This document shows, in pieces, positions 31,101 to 44,559 of a stretch of DNA of 64,000 nt. The stretch covers positions 135,098,001 to 135,162,000 of the forward strand of contig OZ024741.1 of NCBI GenBank assembly GCA_964016885.1. Direction: 5' to 3'. The stretch is from Eledone cirrhosa. Taxonomy: Eukaryota. Made by a program: the position numbers and the translations under genes. The notes beneath the pieces are model-generated. The model had not been told where the DNA came from. It did not search any database and was given only the letters and a program-made list of their open reading frames with translations. Position 1 is the first letter of the stretch, and the number at the start of each line of letters is the position of its first letter.

Positions 31101-33631
31101 AATTGATAGATAGAGTAGAAGAGGCGATTAGGAGTGGCAACGTGGCCAGCGTGCTGGCGTCAAGCACAGCCCTAGACCAGTTCTTTGACGCGAAGCACGA
31201 GGGCTGCGTTGTCAAGAGTAAAATACGTGCTCTGGGTAACGAGGGAGCCAAAGCTGTTAGCTGGGCTCGAGTGACAGAGGAAAAAAGTGGAAACAAGTCC
31301 ACGATTCGGTCTTTGAAGGACCAGGATGGACGCGTGATCCTTGAACCTGAACGGATGTGCGCGGCCTTTCAACGGCGCTTTGCACGACTGTCCGGGAGGG
31401 GCGGCGGGCCGAGTGAGGCCATGGATTTCGGACCATACCTCGACGGTCTGCCGCGGCTCTCGGACGGGGAGGCGAAGTCCTGCGAAAGGCCGATTTCAGC
31501 CGCTGAGATAGGGGAAGCGCTGAGCCAATGCGGCAAACGCAAATCTCCGGGTCTCGATGGTCTTCCATACGAACTTTATGTAGCGATGCCAGACTTGTTC
31601 TCCAATCTCCTCGAGGCGGTCTACTGCAACTGGCAACAGAACGGGAGAATTCCCAGTTCTGTGAGCAAGGGCGTAGTCACGCTGGTGAGGAAGGACGAGA
31701 ACAAGGGGGATGACATAGATAACTTCAGGCCCATAACTCTACTAAACACAGAGTTAAAGATTTTGGCCAAGGTGTTAGCGAAGAGGTTGGCGCTTGTCGT
31801 CGGGAACCTGGTGGGAGAAGCGCAGACATGCGCAATCCCGTCCAGGTCCATACACAACAACCTCCACCTCATGCGATACATTGTAGAGAGGGTAGGGAAC
31901 GAACCCGGCTTTGGTGGGGCCCTGATCAACTTGGATCAATCTAAGGCGTTCGATAGGGTCGACCATCGGTACCTGGATGCGGAAGTTGGAGCTGCGGAAG
32001 TTGGAGCTGTTGCAGGGAATCCTCTTGAAACCTGGATTGCGGAAAGCGGTGTCGGCCTACGCCGATGACGTGACAGTAATGGTGTCGTGCGCCTCAGAAA
32101 TCGGGCAGATCGGCACCTTACTGGAGGAATACGAAAGGTTTACAGGAGCCAAGCTGAACCGGGACAAGTCCGTCGGTTTGCAACTCGGAACGTGGAGAGG
32201 CAAACCGATGCCCTCCGACGGCGTCGTCGGATGCTGGACGGAGGGACCGGTGAAGCTTCTCGGGGTCTGGTGGAGAAAAACTGGGACGAGGTAACGGGCA
32301 GGGTGTTTGCACTCGCTCAGAAGTGGGCGGAGTGCAAACTATCCCTGAAAGGTCGAGCGGAGGTGGCGAACACTTATATAGCGTCCGTCATCTACTACCG
32401 CTTGACCATCGTGCCTTGCCCAGCGAAAACGCTCGCCAAAATGGAGCGCGCGCTCTTCCGATTCCTTTGGAAGAAGCGGGCCCCTTTGGTGAGAAGATCC
32501 ATCTGCTGGCAATACCCTTCGAACGGAGGGCTGGGGATGCCGTGGCTGACGATGCGTAATCTAGCATTAAGGCTATGGTACCTCGAGGTATTCCTCACCG
32601 ATCAGCCGGTGTGAACCCCTTTTGTGAGGCGAGCCTTTCCGAGACTCGTCTCACTCACCGAGCTGCAATCCTGGGTCAAGCAAAGACCGAGAAAAATGGG
32701 CGACTGCACATTGGATGTGCCCAGGCGCTCACAGCCCTCTGGCAAGCGGATCCAGCAATCAGTGGAGACTCAACCTCAACATTCTATAGAGGGTTGGTGC
32801 GCAGCAAGTGCGACGACGCTTTCGGGGAGGCTCTGGGCATGGAGAAGGACCAGCTAGCCAGTCTGTTCGGTAGGACGCTTGGCCCAAGACCGATGGACAA
32901 CTTCTAAAAGTCCCTGGGTGGCAGGACAAGCTCTACAGACACGGGCGCCCGGGTAGGGACGCCTCGAAGAAGATCTGTCCGAGATGCGTGCGTGACGAGG
33001 AAACCGTCGCGCACGCATTCGTACACTGCCCGGGCGTTGCTGACCTGTGGGGCTATGTGGAACGACTACTCTCGCGGGTGGGACCAATCCGGTTGACCAC
33101 CGAGTACATTGTCACGATCAAACCGCCTCCCCCCTTCAAAAACGAAGGAGAGGCGGTTTTCCTCTGTGTGATAGCTATGGCGAAAGAGGTTTATGGTGGA
33201 CGAGGTTGAAAGGGCTGAGGTCAGACACTTTTATCTCCGGCCAACAACTGGTCCTTTTTTTCAAGTACCATTTTAGAAGAAGGATCAGAATAGAGAGAGA
33301 GGTGCTCTACCCCAGCAAGTTTTATGAAAGGTGGGTGAAAGTGGCGAGAATGGCCCGAGTGAATGGGCCTTCTCTCTATATCAGCGTGTAGGTGAGAGAG
33401 GAGAAGAAAGAGGAGAGGAAGGGAGCCCCCGCTCTTTGTGCTCCTGAGGAGGAGGGTTGTACATTTTTTTCGTGGGTGCGTGCGACCCACGTCAACGCCC
33501 CCTCCCTATTGAGAAACTTCGATTGTTGAATTTTATTTGTTATATGTTTTTACACGTCCTTTGAAATGTATGTAAACTCCCCCTTGTATTTGTTCCAATC
33601 TTTGATGCCCTGGTGGCAAATAAATAGAAAG
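28158..33631 (+). mobile_element. Tx1-clade (L1 group) non-LTR retrotransposon, copy 1, near full length but decayed
   Basis: ORF1 ~28363-30137 with CCHC knuckle CYHCSRSGHLRASC. ORF2 ~30181-33391: APE (CLNVRGL, GDWN, SYLDRF, SDH), RT (KSPGLDG, NFRPITLLN, AYADD) and C-terminal CPRC..E..H..C. Many stops/frameshifts and an RT deletion near 31980. Confidence 0.95.
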
Positions 33632-33881
33632 TTATCTATCTATCTATCTATCTATCTATCTTCGTCTGTTCTACAGTGTGGATGTCATTCACTTCGCACA
33701 GAAGTTTTGTTCAAATTTATTGAGGAAATTTTGTGAGTTCAAACTTAATTTTGATACAATTGTGTAGCTTGACCCTCCGTCTGAACTGTCAGGCGGTGGG
33801 TCAGCTCATCTTTACCCCTCCTAGAGGTGAAAAACCTGTTTTAAAAAATTTTGTGTAAAAAATTTCAATCGTCTAACAGAA

Positions 33882-35781
33882 ATGTTAAACGCAACGAACG
33901 AAAATAGTGGTGGGGGGACAGCGGTAAGAGTTGTAAGCTCGCACGCTTTAGTCCCCCCTTACTTCCCAACTAACGTCATAGAGAAGGAAGGAAAAATTGA
34001 AATAAAAACAGACGAATCTGCGGAGAAAAAAAATGACGAAAACACAAATCTGGACATGGATTCCAACAACGAAAAAAAAAAAATTTGAAAAATTGCATGA
34101 CAATACTAATAACACAAACAAAGACACAACAAACACAAAAATAACATTTGAAAATAACACCATATCAGAAAGCAAAGCAGACGACAAGATTTCATTTGCA
34201 CAGAAAACAAAGAAATCTTTGACTTATATAGCGGAAAATATTTCAGATGTGGCACGAAGGATCACAGACGCCAAACAATACATAAGTGAAGGAGAGAATG
34301 GTATTTTATCGGTAAAAATGCCTCAAGAATTCACCAAAGACATTGAAAGCCGAACGGTCAAGTTTCGGACCATCAACAACAGTACAAAAAAACCTGAACA
34401 GCCTTCTCAAGCAGATATCAAAACAGTACTCACAGAAGTACTTAATGAAACCACTTTCATAAGAAAAGACAGACTGTATGGAAGCCTAGCAATTATCATG
34501 AAGAACCAATCGGCGGCAAAAAAATGTGCTTTGTCACCGATTCGTTCGAAAAATTTCACCTTTTATCCATATTATATGGGGAAAAGAACTCAACGCATAT
34601 GGCTGGATGCAATGATGCCAGATGTGGACTACTGCTGGCTCATAGCTGGCTTCATCGATCCAGTGAATGACAACGTGATTTCCATTGGGAAAACCACAGG
34701 CAATGCGTTCAGTGGAACAGGTATAGAGCTGGTAGTGCAAATGAAGCCTGAACGCATCGCCCAAATACCCGACAGAATCCTATTAGAGGACCACGGGTAT
34801 ATAAACATTAGCGTGGAGGGGAGAAGGCCGTCCTGCCATATCTGTGCAGGCAGAGGGCACCTGAAGGCCGCTTGTCCTCAACTCAACAAAAAGAAAACCC
34901 TGCTACCAACACCAGCTCCACCACCACCACCACAACAGATAAACAAACAACAAAACTCAGTCCCACCCAACCCGTCCCTCAGTAAAACCACAACACCACC
35001 ACAACACAAACAGTCACAACACATTACCCCAAAACAAAATACAGGCCCACCCAACCTCTCACTCAATAAAACAACACAACCACCGCAGACACAACACACA
35101 ACACAGTCTAACATAGTGACATCCATCTCCCCCACAAAGAAAACCAACACGGAAACATTACCAGCAAACATACCTCTTCCCTCCAACACTGAAGATAACC
35201 CAACGAATTTGGAGGAAGAAACGGAGTCCTTCAGACAGATTAAAAGGAAAGAAAGAAAACATGTACAAAACACACAAGGCCAAACAACCCCCACCCAAAT
35301 GTCAACACAATCCAACAAAACAGAAAACACCCCTCCAGCAACAAACAAAACCAAACCTGCCCCTCCCCTCTTCGAAACACTCACACCATCCGAAAAAAAG
35401 ACATTACACTATACTTACATCAACAGAAACAATAATAAATTAAATGAACTCATATACAATAATCCTTCGGTACAAACCGAAGGTGTAAACTTTGTTTCTT
35501 CGGAAAACTACCCACATTTAAAACTAATAAAGATCCCAATGAACCTCTACCAAAAACTAAAAAAGGATTTTAAGGAGGACGTAGGACCACCCTCTGTCAA
35601 ACCCATAAACCGCGTCCTACTAAAAAGCTTTCCCCCTCCCCTTCCCCTCCCCAACACAACTCCAAACACCCCAACCCCACCACACACTGACGACCCCACA
35701 CCACCACAAGACACCCCTTCACCCAACACCCCCGACCCCATGGAAGTCGTGCAACCCGAACTCCGGGAAGCGGAAAGGTAG
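33882..35781 (+). CDS. Tx1 ORF1 (gag-like nucleic-acid-binding protein); probable frameshift in the A-run at ~34072-34083
   Basis: 582-aa open segment with CHICAGRGHLKAAC knuckle and P/T/Q-rich C-half. Upstream ATG at 33882 is in another frame. Homologous to copy 1 ORF1. Confidence 0.8.
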
Positions 35782-35814
35782 GTCTCTACACTCTCCTTTG
35801 GCTCTGCCGCCCAC

Positions 35815-38800
35815 ATGGATGTGTTAAGAGTAGGATGTTTGAATGCACGTGGCCTGGGCTCAACTTGGAAGCAAGCAAAGCTTCTAAATGACCTCAGGTC
35901 ATGTAGTATAAATGTAATGGTTATCTGTGAGACTCGAATCAGCGTCGTGCGGCAGCTGGCCCCCACCTTCGATGACTTTGAGGTGCATGCATCTCTCTGT
36001 CAACCTGGAGGTGGGGGTGGGGTTGTCGTACTGCTGCAAAAACACCTGGGTCTTGCCGTACAGGTTGTGCACTCGGACCCGGAGGGTCGTTTGTTGGTGC
36101 TAGACGTTGGCAGTAGTGAAAGTGCGGCCTTGAGACTGGTCGCCGTCTACTCCCCTTTCGGAGCTGAACGGCCCGACTTCTTCCAGCGTTTGGAGACTTT
36201 TCTGGGAACGTCGCGTTCCCTGCTTCTAGCGGGGGATTGGAATGACATCCTAGATGCACGTTGGGACTATGCAGGAGCATGTCCTAATAGAGGGGGGTGT
36301 AACAGCCTCAAGGGGTTACTCGACCGTTTTAACTTGGTCGATAGATATCGACTAGATTTTCCAACTGTGCCTACCTGGACTTGGAGAAACCACAGTGGTC
36401 AATCTAGATCGTACTTAGATAGATTCTTAGTTAGAAGTAAGGATAGGGACATATTAAGCTGTCCAGAAATGCGCACGGTTGGCTACACGGACCACAAATT
36501 AGTGACCTGCGTAGTCAATCTCGAGAAAACACATAAACAGGGTCCCGGTTATTGGAAACTTAATTTATCTTTACCGGCAAAAGAGACTTACAGAAACCGG
36601 ATTAGCAGATTAGTTAAGGAGAGGTTGACGGGTGCAATCGTCAACAACCGATGGTGGGCATCTCTCAAAAGAGAGATTAGAACAGAATCAATAAGTTATA
36701 GCAAGATGTTAGCTGCCGATAGGAATAGAAACGAGAAAGAATTAACAGGTAAATTAGAAGAGGCAATCAAGAGCGAAGATGTGGCCAGAGTGCTGGCATC
36801 GAGGACGGCCTTGAACCAGTTTTTCGATGCAAAGCACGAAGGCTGCGTCATTCGAAGTAAAATACGTGCTCTAGGTAATGAGGGGGCCAAAGCCGTTGGC
36901 TGGGCCCGCGTGACAGAAGCTAAGAGTGGAAATCGATCCACCATCCGGTCGTTGCAAGACGAAGATGGACGGGTGATCCGGGAGCCTAAGCAGATGTGCG
37001 AGGCCTTTCAAAGGCACTTTACCCGATTGTTCGGGGAAGGAGAGGGTCCGGGCGGGGGCGTGGATTTCGGTCCATACCTCGACGGCCTGCCGCGTCTCTC
37101 GAGCGAAGAGGCAGAGTCCTGCGAGGGACCAATTTCGGCTGATGAGATCGGAGATGCGCTGAGCTAATGCAGCAGACGCAAATCTCCAGGTCTCGATGGT
37201 ATACCTTACGAACTTTATTTAGCAATGCCGGTCTTCTTCTCCGAACTCCTCGAAGCGGTCTACTGCAATTGGCAGCAGAACGGGAGAATTCCTTGTTCTG
37301 TAGCCAAGGGCGTAGTCATGCTGGTGAGGAAGGACGAGAACAAGGGGGATAGTATAAATAATTTTCGGCCCATAACCCTGCTAAACACAGAGTTAAAGAT
37401 TTTGGCCAAGGTGTTAGCAAAGAGGTTGGCGCTTGTCGTGGGTGGCCTGGTGGGAGATGCGCAGACATGTGCTATCCCATCCAGGTCCATTCACGATAAC
37501 CTCCACCTCATGCGATACATCATAGAGAGGGTTGGCAACAAACCCGGCTTCGGTGGGGCCCTGATCAACTTGGATCAGTCTAAGGCCTTCGATAGAGTCG
37601 ACCATGGTTACCTGGATGCGGTGCTAGCGGCGGCTGGGTTCGGTCCTGTTTTCAGAGGCTGGATAACTGCCTTACATAGCAACCACATCTGTTCTAGGAT
37701 CAAGGTGAACGGCTACCTTTCGAAGCCGTTCGAAATCACACAATCCATTCGACAGGGGTGCCCTCTCTCCTCCCTTCTGTACGTATTGACTCTCGAGCCT
37801 TTACTAAGGAAGTTGGAGTTGTTGAAGGGTATCCCCCTGGAACCAGGATTGAGCAAAGCGGTGTCGGCCTACGCCGATGACGTAACAGTAATGGTATCGA
37901 CCGACTCGGAGATCGAGGCGATCGGTACCTTACTGGAGGAGTACGAAAGGTTGTCAGGAGCGAAACTGAACCGGGAAAAATCCATCGGGCTGCAACTCGG
38001 AACGTGAAGAGGCAGACCGATGCCTCCTGACGGTGTCGTCGGACACTGGACGGAGGGCCCGGTAAAGTTGCTTGGGTCTGGTTTGGACCGGACCTCCAGG
38101 TGGAAAAAAACTGGAACGAGGTTACGAACAAGGTGTTTGCACTAACCCAGAAATGGGCCAAGTGTAAGCTGTCCCTAAAAGGCCGGGCGGAGGTGGCGAA
38201 CATTTACATAGCGTCCGTCACTTACTACCGCCTGACTGTCGTGCCTTGCCCTAAGGAAACACTCACCACCATGGAACGCATGCTCTTCCAATTTCTTTGG
38301 AAGAAGCGCCCTCCTATGGTGAGAAGATCCATCTGCTGCCAACAACCTTCGAAAGGAGGGCTGGGGATGCCGTGGTTGATGATGCGTAGGCACGCATTAA
38401 GGCTACGGCACCTACAGGTATTCCTCACTGGTCAACCGGTGTGGGCTCCGTTCGTGAAACGAGCCTTTCCGAGACTCGTCTCGCTCACCGAGCTACAGTC
38501 CTGGGTCAAGCAAAGATCCGGAAAACTGGGAGACTGGCACACTGAGTGTGCTCAGGCGCTCAGGGCTCTCTGGCAAGCGGGCCAGGCCATCGGTGGAGAA
38601 TCCACCTCATCATTCTATAGAGGGCTGGTGGCTAGCAGGGGCGATGACACCCTTGGAGAGTCGCTGGACATGGAAGAAGACGAACTGGCCAGCCTGTTCG
38701 GTAGGACTTTCGGCCCAGGACCAATGGACAACTTCCAGAAGTCACTGGCCTGGCAGTGCTACCGGGGGGCTCTACCCGTTCGAGAGAGGCTCTACAGACA

Positions 38801-39251
38801 CGGGGGCCCGGGCAGGGATCCCTCAAAAAAGATTTGCCCTAGATGCGTGCGTCACGAAGAAACCGTTGCGCACGCATTGGTGCAATGTCCGGGCGTGGCT
38901 GATCTGTGGGGCTACGCCGAACGACTGCTGTCGCGGGTGGCGCCGATTAAATTGACCGCCGAGTCCGTGATGACAATCAAACCGCCTCCCCTCTTCACAA
39001 AGGAAGCAAAGGCGGTTTTTCTGTGCGTAATAGCCATGTTGAAAGAGGTTGTTTGGTGGACACGATTGAAAGCTCTGAGGTCAGGCAACTTCCTCTCTGG
39101 CCATAGTCTGGTCTACTTCTTCCGATATCACTTCGGAAGAAGGATAAGAATGGAGAGAGAGGTGCTTGGCCACAGGCAGTTTTATGAAAGGTGGGTGATA
39201 GTGGCGAGAATGGCTCGTGTAAATGGGCCTTCTCTGTATACCATCCTGTAG
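35815..39251 (+). pseudogene. Tx1 ORF2 (APE endonuclease-reverse transcriptase-Cys/His domain) with 2 nonsense codons and a frameshift
   Basis: CLNARGL, GDWN, TDH, GPGYWKLN, IRQGCPLS, AYADD, CPRCVRHEETVAHALVQC. TAA at 37165, TGA at 38005, frame change at ~38075. Confidence 0.93.
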
Positions 39252-39492
39252 GTAAAGAAGTAAAGGAGAAGGGAGCACCTTCTCCATGTGCTCCCTGGGC
39301 AAAGGATTGCACACTTTTTCGGGGGTGTGTGCAACCCCCATCACGTCCCCTCCTTTTTGAGGTTATTTTCGATTGTTTTCATGTTACACCCTTTTTACTC
39401 GATTATATGTAAACTCCCCCTTTGTATTTGTCCCTTCTTTTTATGCCTTTATGGTAAATAAAGAAATCTATCTATCTATCTATCTATCTATC

Positions 39493-39530
39493 ATGTTCCA
39501 TTTCTTGTGCGCCCTTGTAGTAAATAAAGA
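39493..39530 (+). mobile_element. Third, extremely 5'-truncated Tx1 3' end
   Basis: tgttccatttcttgtgcgcccttgtagtaaataaaga resembles the 3' termini of copies 1 and 2 and is flanked by TATC-like sequence. Confidence 0.6.
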
Positions 39531-39699
39531 TATATATCTATGTAAGAATCAGCTTTTCTGTCCAACATGTTATATTTAAAACATGCTCCAGTTTGATCAT
39601 TTTTATTATGAATTCTTAGTTCTTTATGCTTAGTTTGTAAGTAGTGTGCCTTAGTCCATGTGTGTATTAACGTTTCGAAGCCTTCATGAATCAATCTTT

Positions 39700-39965
39700 A
39701 GAATCGCAAAGGTGTATTCATTACATACAAGTGATCGTAAAGTATCATGACAGTATTTAACCCATAGTTGGAGTGGGTGGCCACAGAATCCGAGGAGTCC
39801 CCCCCCCATTTAAATAGCTCTTGTTTTTTTGTGCTGTTGGGGTTCCACACTCTTCGCACCAGACCAGGGTTTGGTTGGGGAGTCGGTTTAGTCACTTACC
39901 ACTAGACCGTAAAGCATGTTGTTCTGGGTTACATAGTACCAGTAACCAGCAGAAGCCCGACCTGA
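39700..39965 (-). mobile_element. RTE-type 5' UTR fragment
   Basis: Minus strand tcaggtc...tactggtactatgtaacccagaacaac...gtgactaaac is homologous to the 5' end of the RTE element at 50349. Confidence 0.55.
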
Positions 39966-40077
39966 ATAAAAACCATAAATTAATCTTCCCTCGTAATATT
40001 CGGTAGTGAAGTCAGGTCATTAAACAGCATAGACTCGGATGCTGCCGTAGACTATAGACTAAAATAACACAAAAAAT

Positions 40078-41570
40078 CTTCTTCTTCTTCTTCTTCTTCT
40101 TCTTCTTCTTCTTCTTCTTCTTCTTCTTCTTCTTCTTCTTCTTCTTCTTCTTCTTCTTCTTCTTCTTCTTCTTCTTCTTCTTCTTCTTCTTCTTCTTCTT
40201 CTTCAAACGGTCCTTGGGCCAGAGTCCCCAAACACGCCTTCCAGCGGGATCTATTAGAAGCAACCATCTCCAACTGATCCGGCTGGATCCCCAAGCGGGA
40301 CCAGCCAAGCTCATGGATATTATCCAACATTCTTGTTCGGGGTTTACCCATGGGTCTCCTGCCATTCGGTTTTGCCCGCACAGCGATTCTTTAACCATAT
40401 CCCCATAATATCAGATTTGTGATCTCTTAATTCGGAGTAGTGTCTCTAACTGGAGTGACTCTCTGATCTATGAGCTACGCACTCTATCAAGTAACGTTAC
40501 TCAAAAGACCTTTCGGAGCAATCCCATTTCGGCCGCTTCTATTCATGATCGTATTCTTTCGGTCATTACTCAAGATTCATAACCATAGGTAAGGGTTGGC
40601 ACGAAACTGAATTGAAGGTAGAGAGTTTGGCTTTTACATCTTCTGATTACTGAATGTTGATGCTGGTACATTACTGCACCAGTTCCTGCAATTCTTGCTC
40701 TTAATACAGCCTCCTGCCTTTCATCCTTAGTGAACACAGCTCCGAGATACTTGAACTTCTCTATTTGCTTCAGTCGAACTCCATTCATATGTAGAGTGCA
40801 CTGCGCAGGCTTCCTGAAGAGAACGACTTTCTCAGTTTTCACAGCACTGATTTTCATTCCAGCCATGCAGCATTTAGCATCAGACCTATCAAGTGCAAGT
40901 AGGAGATCATCTTCTGTCGAGTTAAGTAACAGCATGTCACCTGCAAATTCAAGCCGACTGATTTTACACCCACCAGTCATGATACCATCCCGGATGCGCA
41001 TGTCAACCCTGTTCATGAAAATAATTGTTTCTACTATTTGGCACAAGGCCAGCAATTACCCAGTGCATTACTGGTACTTTATTTTATCGACCCCGTAAGC
41101 ATGAAAGGCAAAGTTAACCTCGGCGGGATTTGAACCCAGAATGGCAAGGGCCGTAACTCTATGCGTCAAAGCATGGCGTCCGACCCTCTACCGATACTGC
41201 CAATCCACCGCCAAATCCTGTTCATGAAAATAATGAACAGGAGAAGTCACGGTACACACATTTAGCGAAGTCCGACTCCCACATTGAATAGTTTCAATCT
41301 AGCACCATTTAAACGAACACAAATACTCGGGCATTCGCATAAAGACATCAGAGCAGCGAGAAGCTGACCATCGATCTCATGCTTCTGCACAACCTTCTAC
41401 AGAAGGTCCGGCGAAATGCGGTCATATGCCTTTTCGAGATTTACAAAACAAGAATATACCTCTTGGCAATCTCGGAGATCTGCTGCAGTGTGAATATTTA
41501 GTCGGCTGCACTGCGTCCGGAACGAAAACTGCACTGTTCATCCGCTAGCTTGGACTCGACAATCCCCCCG
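40078..41570 (-). mobile_element. RTE-clade LINE 3' portion (decayed RT) with long (GAA)n tail
   Basis: FVNLEKAYDRI, LEFAGDMLLL, GMKISAVKTE, FKYLG, PTLTYGYES, RRPMGKPRTRMLD. (GAA)n tail at 40078-40204. Confidence 0.9.
41026..41216 (-). mobile_element. SINE family 1 inserted in the RTE
   Basis: 18-bp TSD cctgttcatgaaaataat at 41008 and 41217. Near-identical to 44932-45111. Confidence 0.9.
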
Positions 41571-42264
41571 AATCTCTTTGCTCTTCCCTCTTAAAATTGA
41601 ATTATTAAAAGGGTTTAAAATGCCCAAGACAGGCTACGAAACCTCTACAACTCTACAAGAAATTAAAGGTACATATACTCTTTTCAGACACCACCAAATA
41701 TCTCAGATATTCATTTTCTCCTTATGTTTATTAATGATGAATCATAACAGACATTAAGATAGAAGAATAGGAATACTGTTTCCTTAAGAATATTATTATT
41801 CTATTATCATGTATGAAATCATTAATGAAATACTTCGAAGGCATGCAAATTGTTCCAATTTTTAAATTGAAAACGTCGGGAGATGAGATGTAAGAAACTC
41901 TATAGCATTATATGCATATTTATACTCTCATTATATTGGTATTGATGTTTTCCCTAAAATAATTCTTCAATAAGTTCAGAGGTTTTATTTCCACTTTATT
42001 TTTAATTTCTTTTTTTTTTTACAAAGAAGTAGTCTCAGTCATACTAGACAAGTCTATAATATACGCTTAATAAACACAATACAGAATTATTATTCAGAGG
42101 AGACAATAAAGAGTAAAATCTCATTGGGGTGAGGTTGGAAATATGGTGCTGTATTAGGAGATAACGAAACCACCAGCATCACTAAATATTTAATCAGTTA
42201 ACGTATGTTTTACATACATAATATTTTCCTTTTCATAACTGTAAAAAACAACAACAAAAAAAAA

Positions 42265-43215
42265 CAACAAAAAAGGAAACTTGCTTGGTATGGCCCTGTA
42301 TCATGCCACAACATATTGTCTAAAACAGGGGTCGGCAACCCCGGCCCGCTAACAGGTTTCAATGTTGGGCTAACGATCTCTGAAAAAGTGCTCTGAATTA
42401 TTTTGGATTAGAATACGTCTACCCACAAGACTTACTTAGCTGAACGTAATTTTTTGTGTGACAGTAACAAACAATCAAACTCAGACAGATTGAATAGTCA
42501 GACATCGAGGTCAAGGAGACTGTGTGTGTGTGTATTCGTGTATATACATGCATAGACAGTATGTGTATGACAGGGATGTGGAATGACCCAGACTTAGCTA
42601 AAGCAAGTCAGTGTGTCTGGTATACAGTTATTTCATTTCATCCACAACATTTTTTATTTGAGTTTGCTGTTTGCTAGTAAAACATTTGTAAGTGACAGTA
42701 TTCGATAATAATCAATGTTTATATATTTATCTATGTTAAAACTGTTCAGTATTATTAGAAGTAAATTGTTTCATGGAACAAATGGCAAACCTGATCTAAA
42801 TACAGTGCCAGATATCGTGGTCTTGTTACAGTTTATTAAAAATGTCAGTATTTTATCATATTACTGTATTCGTTTTTACATATGTTCTTTTTACTTATTT
42901 GATATCATGGCCCTCTGACGAGACACTGCATAACTACATGGCCTGCCGACGAAACACGGCATAGTAATGTGGCTCGCACACCCCAAAAGGTTGCCGACCC
43001 CTGTTCTAAAACCATCCTTCAGGGCATAGTCGAGGGAAGGCGAAGGAGAAGCAGACAGAAAAAACCTGACCGGATAACATCATAAACGAGAGATGTCACA
43101 ATGCCGAGGCCCTTCTACGCATGACGGAGAATAGAGACCAGAGGTGACAGTGATTGCTAAAGCGTCTAGAGTGGCACCCCAACGACTGGCTGCACCAGTT
43201 GCGGGAACGTGATTG
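42265..43215 (+). mobile_element. RTE 3' fragment split by a hAT MITE
   Basis: KRKLAWYG..HNILSK|TILQGIVEGRRRRSRQKK reads through once 42326-43011 is removed. Confidence 0.75.
42326..43003. mobile_element. Non-autonomous hAT (Charlie/Buster-type) element
   Basis: Perfect 15-bp TIR caggggtcggcaacc / ggttgccgacccctg. 8-bp TSD gtctaaaa/ttctaaaa (7/8 match, NTCTARAN-type). Confidence 0.92.
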
Positions 43216-44487
43216 ATCAAATAAAAAGCCAAGTGAATTACAGTAAATCTAAACTGGTAAAGGAACATCATATAAAATACAATTACTCAGCTAAGACAAC
43301 CAAAATAATTCAACAGAATACTTTACATTTAATCAACGTAACCATAGAGTAACAACAAGCGCAAACTACCAAAACCACACAACAGAAAATACAATTACTC
43401 AATTACAAAAACAAAACAAAACACCGTTTAATTCATTAAAACTACGCCAGTACAATAAACATCTAGATATCTTATTAACAAAATCAGAAACCCAAACTAT
43501 GATACCCAACCAAAAGACAGTGACATAACAAAATTAAAGCCGACCCATTATACTGGTACTACGATAATGAACCTCATCAGGCCACTGTCGCCCTTAATTT
43601 CTGTATTTTTGTTGTGTTGTGGCAGGTGAGGGAGAAACTTTTACCTACTAGTTTACTAAGAGTACTTTTCACTAGCACGATTCTCAGATGATACCAAATT
43701 TAGTTTAGAATTTCTTCTTTTCGATTTCCGTTATTAGTCTATGGCCATGTTGGGGTACGGCCTTAAAGGGATTTTAGTGGACCATATCGACTTTAGTACT
43801 TGTACCAAACCACATTTTTTGTCGTACTGCTAAATTACAAACATAAATGTAGACACAAAATGTAGAGACAAACATAAATGTAGACACAGACATACATGCA
43901 TCACTTCATGGCCCAAAGTGTTACATCGGCCACAGAAACTCCACACTTCGTCGGTTAACTATACCCTTACAACAAGGAATCATCGCAACACATTTCCATA
44001 AGAAACATAACACTACAATGCTATATACAATTCTACACCAAAGAAAAAAAACGACGAACGATTATGGAGGCTTTACTATCTTTCGTGATATTTTAACCAA
44101 TATCAGAAGTTGTATATAACTATAATGTATAGTTTATTTGGCCATCGTTACAACGTTGGATATCTATTCCGGCTCTCTGAGCTCTGAGGTCAAATACCAT
44201 CAAGGTTTACTTCGAGGTCGATGAATAAAGTATCAGACTAACGTAGGTGAAGCACTCTCTCTCGTTTCAGCTATTACGACTTGGATGTTCCACTAGAACA
44301 AGGAAAGGAGGACGCAGAATATGTCTGCTCGCGACTGCATGGACACCTAAATCTGTTAGCGAAAGCACTGTACCTACTACCGAGTCATAATCGATTGTGA
44401 GTGGCGGCCATAACATAATTTTACTTGAACATATAAATACAAGACTTCTATTATAATTCCATTTACGTTTAGGATGTATTATAAGAA

Positions 44488-44559
<72 letters not shown>

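Larger units (their letters stand above)
33661..39466 (+). mobile_element. Tx1-clade non-LTR retrotransposon, copy 2, full length with few lesions
   Basis: 5' UTR, ORF1, ORF2 and 3' UTR with AATAAA, flanked on both sides by (TATC)n. Confidence 0.96.

Noticed and set aside
40012-40398. Poly-K / poly-E ORFs
   Set aside because: They read through the (GAA)n 3' tail of the RTE element.
42910-42962. CTGACGAG...CGAAAC hammerhead-like string
   Set aside because: There is no convincing stem I or III and no NUH triplet. It lies in the subterminal region of the hAT MITE.
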